From contig JBOZIK010000001.1 of assembly GCA_051453625.1 (NCBI GenBank), forward strand, positions 11,599,059-11,632,822: 33,764 bases of DNA, in the 5' to 3' direction. This stretch comes from Welwitschia mirabilis (lineage: Eukaryota). Positions 24,749-33,764 of the stretch are shown piece after piece; within the stretch, counting starts at the first letter, position 1, and every line of letters starts with the position of its first letter. Under the pieces are notes generated by a model that saw only the letters and a program-made list of their open reading frames with translations, searched no databases and was not told where the DNA came from. Both the position numbers and the translations under genes were made by a program.

Positions 24749-25776
24749 TGTTTACACAATGTAAAATCAGGAAAAAGGGAAGTTTTTCTTATTATTATAT
24801 AATTAATTATTTATTGAATTTAATTATTAATGCCTAAATATTAATATTATTAAATGGAATTTTATGATGGACTTATGAATGATATTTTTATCATGTAAGA
24901 GATATTTAAATGAAAAATGAGGTGCAGCATTGAGTTAAGGGATATGAAGAGATTTAAGCTACATTTAGCTTGGGAATGGATCACAACTTTCTACCAAAGA
25001 TGTCTATAATAGAGTAATATCTTTATAAATAAATTTCCCTTTCCTTAAATTACTATGGAAAAAACATTATATATGCCAAATTTTGTTGTATATATAATGT
25101 TTCAGTTGACTAGTCAAACCTACCATGTGTCTAAAGCTTAAATGCTCTATAATACCAAGCATAAAGTAGACTGAATTCTAGATCACTATTATAACTTTTT
25201 ATTTTCTCTTCTTGAGCATTTAAAAAGCCTAATAAATAAATACAAGACATCTTGTAAAATGGTTTTCTTTATGACAAATTAAAGTTAAGTGTTTTTCAAG
25301 TTCCATCTAGATTGGAGTACTAATTTCTCTATTAGCTTTTCATTATTTACAATGATCTATAAACTGTCTTTTAAGATATCAAAAGTCTAATTTTTAAATG
25401 TTTCATTTTCTTTTCTAATCTTATAGGAGCATAGGTAGAAGAAAATTTAGAATTATTAATTTTATAAGAACTTCATTCATTAAAACTTCAGTGATTTTAA
25501 TAGTTAGGGTTTTCACAATTGAAGTATTAGCTTGAATAAAAGCTTATTTATCGATCACAAGAAGACTTTCCATTTTGCATTTATTTAGGATTTAAGATGT
25601 TTGCATTTCATTTTTCTTAATGATTTTCGAATTAAAGATTTGCCTATCTCTCATTTAAATTTTAAATTAGTTTTCTTTTCAATAAATTTTTAATAAAGAA
25701 TCTTGAAAATACCTAATTATTGCATCTTCACAGATTGACTTAGATTCTAGAAAGAAGCTTTTATACTTTAATTTCA
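24749..25776 (+). repeat. putative 5' LTR of the Athila-like element
   Basis: Begins TGTTTACACAATGTAAAAT and has TATA-like CTATAATA at ~25147. Its 3' ~460 bp recur inverted at 30811-31265, and homology stops at …ATTTCA (~25776). It is followed by TTGCTAGGGA, which resembles the 3' half of an Athila PBS. The left boundary is uncertain. Confidence 0.55.
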
Positions 25777-28700
25777 TTGCTAGGGATATGCCAATATTCT
25801 TAGTATTTCTGGTCTCCTTCGAATTTCTCTGTTGATTTATTTAATAGGTGATTTCATTCCTTTCATAAATTTTGTTAGTAAGTGCATTCTTATTTTGATG
25901 TGATGTAGAACAATCTTGTATGTCAAAAAATAAAAAAAATTAAAAAGCAAGAAACTCAAATTCATTAGGAAAAATATAGAGAGCACTATCTTTGGTTACA
26001 AATAATGCAAAAAATTGTATATTAGTTACATTGATTCTTAACTTCACTAGTGTCTTACAAAACCTAAGATTTCCCTTCTTCATCTTGCTAGTTGACTATG
26101 AAAGTGAACTATACTAAACTTATTTTAAATTTAGAGACTAACATCCCAAATGTTATATTTCCATCTATTCTCAAAACAATCAAATCAAAATCTAAGAAAG
26201 GTATATACCAAACTCCTTTTGTTACCTTGAAGACACTTAGAAACACAAAATTACTAAGGAATTACAAATCAAATCTAAAATAAAAGAGGAACCAGAATTA
26301 CAAAGTAAAAATACTTAAAACGTGGTTGGGAACCCCAAGAAATTTAAAAGATACTTTGCAAAGTATAAATAGAGAGATTCAAAACCCAATTGACTTACAT
26401 AATAGATAGGATGTAAAGATAAAAAATTTAAGTGCCTTGTCGAAATATAATGGGAAGGACATTGATGATTCCCTTGAGTTTCTAGTTTATCTTTATTCTT
26501 TTCTTTACACTCTTGGAAAATAGAATATTTATAGACTTGATTTGATGGTGTTTAAAATGGCATTCCCAGAGAATGCTAGAAATTGATTCTATCATATTGC
26601 TCATCATTCTATCACTTTTAGGGATCAAATGGAAAGGGCTTTTCTTGATAGATATCTTACCAATTCTAAAGATCGAGGACTTAGAAAAGGATTACTGATT
26701 TTAGACAATAAAAAGAGAAATAATATGTTATAGCATTTGAAAAGTTATCCTATTATGTTATTAGATATCAAGTAAATGACATTAAAGATTAAAAATTAGT
26801 AAGCTATTTTATTAAAGGTCTTCTACCTAACACTTGCCAAATGGTAGACTTTATTATGGAGGAAATATTATGGAAGTTTAATTGAATTAATGTTGGTCAA
26901 AATTGGAATCTTTACAAGATCAAAGTAAGTTATTACAATCAATAAAAGAAGAAGTATCCATGTTAGAAAGACAATTGAGGCAAATGAAAAGTATTAAAAT
27001 GAGTAAAGAAGCTTTTGCACTCAAATAGGTACTAGAAGAACAACTAAAAAATATGATAGAAGCATTAGAGAAAGTAGATATTATAGTGAAATATTTGAAA
27101 TCTGAAAAATATAACAACAAAGCGAAGGAGGAAGCTGCTTTTTTAAAAAAGAAATGTTTACTTTATCAAGACCTTTACACTAAAGTTGAATAATGTCCAA
27201 CCCTTCCTTTCTATTAGAACAATGTCTATGAATAATTGTATGCCCTCTACCATATGAATCAAAATCCATAGCAAAATACTTCTCTAGGTCGAAAAACTAA
27301 TTTCAATAGATTTCAAAAACCTTATGGAGAAAGATTTTTTGAAAATAGCACATGGAGTTCATCCATAAATTTAAAACCTTTCACTTTTCCTTATTATGGA
27401 CAACCAACCCCTTCTATTTGGTAATCTTCACCTAGTACTCTTCAAGTTAATTTGAAATCTTTACAACAAAACATGAAAAAAACATTTACCAACATTGGAT
27501 AAGCCATGACACAAACCAATAAAAACTTAAACAAGCTTATGAGATTGATGCAATAAACATTGTATCCTAACATAAGGAATGTTGGATACTTATCTTAAAC
27601 TACTCAATCAAGTTCCAACTAGACTAAGGATTTAAAAGCCATAACTAGAAGTGAAGTGAGGACAGGGAGTGATTTAAAAAAGAAAATATGAGTAAAACAA
27701 CTATAATAACTAGGAAGTAAGGATGAGAATATCAAAGAAGCAAAAGTGGAATCTTAAAATCCAATAATGCTAAACATGGAACAACCACCCTTTGGTAAAA
27801 GATTAAAAAGAAATAATGAAGACTTGAGTACTAAATTAGATATCCTTTTGAATAAAGCGTTCATACCTATGCCTTTTTGGAAATTATTAAGAGACAATAA
27901 AACATATGAGAAAGAATTTAGAGATTTAATTAAGAGAAATCATAAAAGAAAGCTCCTTAAGAGAGTTTATCTAACTGATCAACAATTTTTGCAACTTAGC
28001 CAACAAAGTCCAAAATACAAGAACCTAGGAGCAACAATATTGACTATTATTTTAGAAGACATTTTTAAGTTAAAACACTGTCTAATTAACTTGGGGACAA
28101 GTGTGAATACGATGCATAAACATATTATGAAGAGACTTAAACTATAAGACTACCTACAACCTATGAATGTTGTTCTAGAAATGGTAGATGGTTCTCTTAA
28201 GAGAATTACTAGTGTGATAAAAGACTTACTGATTCAAGCTAATAAAGATTTTTACCTCATAGATTTTATTGTGCTAAAAGTAACAAAAAGCAATGGATAT
28301 CCTTTAATTATAGGCAAAGCATGATTAGCAACTACAAATGGGATTATTAATATAAGAAATGACATCATCATCTTATAAGTTGGGAATCAAAATTAGATGT
28401 GAAAGTTTATGATGTAGCTAAAAAGCATTCAAAAATGGATGATGAAGATGAGAAATGTGTGGGTAATGTAAGTTATATAGAAGCCTACCACTTCCTTAAA
28501 AATAAGATTAAGGAGGAACTTCTTTTAACAACAAGGAAACCAAACCCTTGTTGCTAGACATCCTAATAATTACAATTATTTAAAAATTATCTTAATTCTT
28601 CTAATTCATATAAACTTAATTGTGACTTAAGAGATGAAAACGAACAACAACAAAAACCACCTACTATCTTTAAATAAATTTCTATGAAGAATATAAGAAG

Positions 28701-30810
28701 AGACTTATCAAATCTACCACATATTTCAGTGAGGAAGGAGAAAATGTGGACTCAACTTAAAAAGTCAACAAGAGAAGAGGCTATTAAAACTTTAGTTGAA
28801 AGAACTATTCGAGCATCTTAAATATGTATTTGTGGGTAAAAATGTGACTCAGCCCTTAGTAATTAGTTCTAAACTGAATGCTAAATAAGAGGAAATTCTC
28901 ATTTTATTATTCCAAAAGAAGGCTAAAGCTTTTGCATGGACTTATAAAGACCTTGTAGGTGTCTCTCCATACATAGTACAACATCAAATTTGTTTAAAGG
29001 ATATAGTAAAACCTATATGTCAACTCTAGAGAAGACTAAACCCAGTCTTAAAATATGTTGCATGAAAAATATGAAATCATTAAGCTTATGAAGGAAAATA
29101 TCATCTATGCAATTGCTAATAGTAAGTGGGAAAGTCAAATAATAATTGTTTTTAAAAAGAAGAAAAAATGGAGGATCTATATAGAATTCTAAAGACTTAA
29201 TCAACTCATAAACAAGGACCATTTTACTTTAAGTTTTCTTGATCAAGTTCTTTATAAAATATAAGGGTATAACTTCTATTATTTTTTAGATTGGTATAGT
29301 GGGTATAATCAAATTTACATTACACTAGAAGATTAATCTTTAACAACCTTTACTTTACCTTTTAATTTATATGGTTTTTGGAGGATGTCATTTAGTTTAT
29401 GTACATCCTAGGTTCTTTTCAAAGAGTAATGCAAGGTATTTTCACTAACATGATTGATAATTTTATGGATTTTTTCATGGATGATTTCGGAGTATGGGGA
29501 ACTCTTTTGAGCAAACTATTCTACACTTACAAAATATTTTAAACTGATGCATTGAGAGTGGATTAAAATTAAGCTAAGAAAAATCTTTTTGTATGCTCAC
29601 TAAAGGTGTAGTTTTGAGTCATGCTGTTTTTAAAGAAGGATGGCATCAAAATGGATCTCTTTAAGGTTAAAGTTATCTAAAATCTAGAACCTTCCAACTC
29701 TTTTAAATGTTTAAGATCATTCCTTGGGAATGCAAGTTTTTATAAAAGGTTTATTGAAGGATACTCAAATATTTATAAACCCCTTTACATCCTTTGAGAA
29801 AAGGATAAATCTTTTAATTAGAATAATAAATATTAACAAGCCTTTGAGATCCTCAAGAAAAAATTAATAATTACTCCTATATTATAAGGTTTCAACTAGC
29901 ATTTTAGTTTTGAGTTAATGACAGATGCACGCAACTATGCAATGGGAGCTGTATTGGGTTAGAAGATCGATAAGAAAAATCATGTAATTGTTTATTTTAA
30001 TAGGACATTAAATCCAACTAAAATTAATTACTTGAATACCTACAGAGAATTATTAGAAATTATACTATTATTAGATAAATTTAGAAATTATATTATTAGA
30101 TTTCATACCAATATTCATATCAATCATGCAACCATTAAATATATGCTATCTAAACCCCAACTAAATTCTCAAGTTTTGAGATGAATTCTCCTTCTACAAG
30201 AATTTAACATTTCAATCATTAAGAGAAAAGGAAATGAAAACATAGTGGCTAATCACCTTTCTTGTTCACTGATTAAATCTAAGACATAAGATGACAATAA
30301 ATCTTATGATCAATTTTCAAATTAACATATTATTTCTTATCAAATATCCAATAAACCATTTAAAGACCCTTGCAATGCAGACATTGCCAAATATTTGATA
30401 TGTCATCAGACTTATAAATATTAGACACATAATGAATGAAAGGTATTTATTCATCAAATTCATAGATACTTTTAGAGTTTATCATATTTTTTTAAAAGAT
30501 GTATAGATTATATTATTTGCAGATGCATATTAGAATGGGAACAAAAAGAAGTATTACAAATTTGTCATGCATAAACAGAAGGAGGACATTTCAATGAAAG
30601 AAAAATAATGATCAAAGTTTTACATGTTAGGTTTTAATTGATCCTTATTATTCAAGGATGTCCATGAGTTTATGAAAAGATGTGAAATATGCTAATGTTA
30701 TGGAGAAATCACAAGAAGAAATCAAATGTCGTTCTAACTGATAGTAGAATGTGAGCCATTTGACTATTGGGGCACTGATTTCATTGGCCCAATATCTCCT
30801 CCTATTTTTT
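24749..30810 (+). mobile_element. degraded Ty3/gypsy LTR retrotransposon, Athila-like (gag-PR-RT-RNaseH-INT, 3'-truncated)
   Basis: gag ~26420-26700 (KNLSALSKYNGKDIDD…ENARN*FYHIAHHSITFRDQMERAFLDRY). Protease in ORF 27767-28147 (PKYKNLG…CLINLGTSVN, catalytic D>N at 28088). Athila-typical EHLKYVFVG…PLVISSKL at ~28811. RT KDHF…FLDWYSGYNQI…FMDD (29474-29485). RNase H FELMTDARNYAMGAVLG (~29909). Integrase Zn-finger CH…GGHF…CEIC and FDYWGTDFIGP (~30759-30791). Domain order is gypsy and there are many stops and frameshifts. Confidence 0.93.
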
Positions 30811-31265
30811 AGAAATCAAGTATGTAAGATTCTTTCTACAACCTGAGTCAATCTGTTGAGATGCAACAGTTAGGGATTTTTAAGATTCTTTATTGGAAAT
30901 TTATTTAAAAGAAAACTAATTTGGGAATTCAAATGAGAAATAGGTAAATCTTCTATTTTAAATCATTAAGAAAACCAAACACAACATCTTAAACTCTAAA
31001 TAAATGCAAAATGCAAAGTGTTCTTTTGATAAGTAAATGAGCTCCTATTCAAGATCACACTTCAATTACCAAAACCCTAACATTAAAATGACTAAAGTCT
31101 TAATGAATGAAGTTCTCATAAAATTGAAAATTCTAAATTTTCTTCTACTTATAATCTTATAAGATTTGCAAAGAAAATGAAACATCTATAAATTAGAATT
31201 TTAATATCTTAAAAGATAGTTTGAAGATCATTGAAAATAATGAAAAGCTAATAGAGAAATCAGCA
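30811..31265 (-). repeat. inverted copy of the 3' part of the 24749-25776 LTR, interrupting the integrase
   Basis: The reverse complement is collinear with ~25318-25776 (for example ATTTCTCTATTAGCTTTTCATTATTT, TAGAAGAAAATTTAGAATT, GAACTTCATTCATTAA, ACAGATTGACT.AG.TT.TAGAAAGAA). It runs into the 100-N gap. Confidence 0.9.
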
Positions 31266-31365
31266 NNNNNNNNNNNNNNNNNNNNNNNNNNNNNNNNNNN
31301 NNNNNNNNNNNNNNNNNNNNNNNNNNNNNNNNNNNNNNNNNNNNNNNNNNNNNNNNNNNNNNNNN
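31266..31365. other. assembly gap (100 N, probably unsized)
   Basis: Run of exactly 100 N. Confidence 1.
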
Positions 31366-31404
31366 CCTAAGGACTTAAAGATTGTATAAATCCACACTAC
31401 AACA

Positions 31405-31425
31405 TTTTAGTGCCATTATTAGGAA
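31405..31425 (+). promoter_or_regulatory. decayed Athila-type primer binding site (tRNA-Asp type)
   Basis: TTTTAGTGCCATTATTAGGAA versus the recalled Athila consensus TTTTGGCGCCGTTGCCGGGGA. All 8 differences are G>A or C>T. It lies directly after the LTR-terminal CA. Confidence 0.7.
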
Positions 31426-32569
31426 AGGCCATAAGAAGCTGAAGGATTATCATTATCGAGATAACTACCTCAAATTTTTGTTTAGGTTATGCATTTAAAA
31501 TACTGCTATATTTTTAGTATAGTTAAAATAGGTTTATTTTGGTTATTTTTTTTGTTTGCCATAGTTTTAAATATCTCTATTGTTCTTTCTGTCGTTCCCA
31601 CAACATTGGGAATGACAGTCTAAAATTTTGAATTTATTTTCTTTTTTTACAAATTTTCTTTCTCTCTGTAGATTAGTAATAAAAATACTATCATCTTTTT
31701 GGTCATCCCCACAAGAGGCTGAATGATCGTCTGATTTTATAGTTACAATAATTTTTCTCTAATTTCAGTTTTCTACTATTGTGATTGTCATTCCTCCTAT
31801 CGTCTTCACAACTGGGTAGACGATGTTTAGTTGTTTTTTTACTTGTTGTCAAAGGTAGATGTAGGGATATGATGAATTATAATAGAAAGACAAAATATCA
31901 GAGAGAGTGGAACTTGGTCGAAGAAAATATTAGAGAAGGATTATTTGACTACCAACAAAAGCTAGGTATGCACATTCCAAGTACGTAAAGAATTGAAGAA
32001 GAAAATTTTTCTGCTTTTATTATTTCAGAATTAGATTTTGCAAAAGAAAATTATAGATTAGAAGTATATCATGTCATTTCTTCTTTAACTATGTTAAAAT
32101 ATTTGCAAAAACAAAGGCAAGTTGCTTTGTTTAATATGCGAATCATTATAAGAACTTCTATTTCGAATGCAAATGTTGCTTTTAGAGATTTAATTACAAA
32201 TATAAAATGTAAAATCTAAAATCCTTTCAATTTACTTGCCAATGATGATGTAGAATTAAAAAATTTAAGTGCCTATCCAACATTTTTAGGGAAACATGAG
32301 GATGACCCTTTCCAACATCTAGCTGACATTGAACAACTTGTGCTTACCTCAGGAAATGGAAAGAAATACATTAATGATCATACTTACATGATTATTTTTC
32401 TAGTTACACTTAGAGGAAAGGTAAAAATTTGGCTTAAAACCATTTCACACAAGAGTCTTAAATCATAGAGTCAAATGCAAGAAGTTTTTATTAAAAGATT
32501 TTTGAGAAAAAGTATCATGAGAAAAGAAGAAAGGAAGTTACCAACTTTCAATAACAACCTCATGAGGAT

Positions 32570-33211
32570 TATGCCACAACATATGAACGTTTTATTATAT
32601 CTATTCATTCCAACCCTGTTGATAAATTCCATAAAGAAGAATTAGTCAATTATTTGTATAATGAATTGNNNNNNNNNNNNNNNNNNNNNNNNNNNNNNNN
32701 NNNNNNNNNNNNNNNNNNNNNNNNNNNNNNNNNNNNNNNNNNNNNNNNNNNNNNNNNNNNNNNNNNNNNNNNNNNNNNNNNNNNNNNNNNNNNNNNNNNN
32801 NNNNNNNNNNNNNNNNNNNNNNNNNNNNNNNNNNNNNNNNNNNNNNNNNNNNNNNNNNNNNNNNNNNNNNNNNNNNNNNNNNNNNNNNNNNNNNNNNNNN
32901 NNNNNNNNNNNNNNNNNNNNNNNNNNNNNNNNNNNNNNNNNNNNNNNNNNNNNNNNNNNNNNNNNNNNNNNNNNNNNNNNNNNNNNNNNNNNNNNNNNNN
33001 NNNNNNNNNNNNNNNNNNNNNNNNNNNNNNNNNNNNNNNNNNNNNNNNNNNNNNNNNNNNNNNNNNNNNNNNNNNNNNNNNNNNNNNNNNNNNNNNNNNN
33101 NNNNNNNNNNNNTATGCCACAACATATGAACGTTTTATTATATCTATTCATTCCAACCCTGTTGAAAAATTCCATAAAGAAGAATTAGTCAATTATTTGT
33201 ATAATGAATTG
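32570..33211. other. assembly gap (444 N, 32669-33112) flanked by a 99-bp direct duplication
   Basis: 32570-32668 equals 33113-33211 except for one mismatch (32623 T / 33166 A). Confidence 0.95.
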
Positions 33212-33764
33212 AATAGTCAAACTAAATAACTTATATACTTTTTTTTGTGGTGGCAACTTGATGAACTTAGTCATAGAGGATGTGTTGAATGTATTGGAAA
33301 ATCTAGTAGAGATAAGTCAAACTTGACTAAAAACTACTAAGGAAAATTGAACTATAGGCCAAGTTATAAAATATTTAAAAAACATAACACATGACAAAGA
33401 AGAAGTAAAAGGTGATTCAATCAAATTAACTAAGGATTTCACTACCACTTTAGAGAAGTACACTCAATTAATAGTTGATGAAAAGGTAGTAAAAGATGAA
33501 AATAAAACTTCAACTTATGATATTTATAAATACAACTCTCATTTAACTAAAGAGTGTTCCTTATTGCCAACTTGTAAAGAAAGGATGTTTGAGGAGGTAT
33601 GTGCATTAAACCAAAGAACTTCTAACTTTAAAATCCAATCATGATTTCAATAGAGATTAGGTGGACAATCACAATGGAAACCTTTTAAAAATAGATTCAA
33701 TAATTCAAACTTCCAACCAAATAACATCAATTTTCAAAAAATCAAAATGATCTGCTCAGAGATT

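Larger units (their letters stand above)
31366..33764 (+). mobile_element. 5' part of a second degraded Athila-like Ty3/gypsy element (LTR end, PBS, leader, gag)
   Basis: LTR end …CACACTACAACA at 31404, then a PBS-like 31405-31425. gag from ~32260 reads KNLSAYPTFLGKHEDDPFQHLADIEQ…IFLVTLRGKVKIWLKTISHKSLKS*SQMQEVFIKRF, homologous to the gag at 26420. Confidence 0.88.

Noticed and set aside
32642..33229. Long ORFs in the ORF track
   Set aside because: Artefacts of translating through N runs.

Overview
Eukaryotic, land-plant-type genomic DNA: very AT-rich, mostly decayed transposable-element sequence, with three assembly gaps. The only intact gene is a GC/CpG-rich, two-exon cytochrome P450 of the CYP86 clan on the minus strand, join(6876..5973,5890..5220), about 524 aa. 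It keeps the heme, ExxR, PERF-like and I-helix motifs but has lost the C-helix WxxxR motif. It is flanked by three separate degenerate tandem-repeat arrays: a 56-bp period repeat over the start/promoter, ~110 bp x3 further upstream, and ~350-450 bp x3 downstream. The rest of the window holds a Ty1/copia RT fragment, a degraded non-LTR (LINE) ORF2, several LTR or solo-LTR relics, a degraded Athila-like Ty3/gypsy element (LTR, gag, PR, RT, RH, truncated INT) cut by an inverted copy of its own LTR family, and the 5' part of a second Athila-like element. TE decay is strongly C>T/G>A biased. I see no clear multi-gene novel system. The best candidate for new biology is the divergent P450 and its repeat-built promoter. 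All protein-family calls come from motif recognition by eye, not from database searches.
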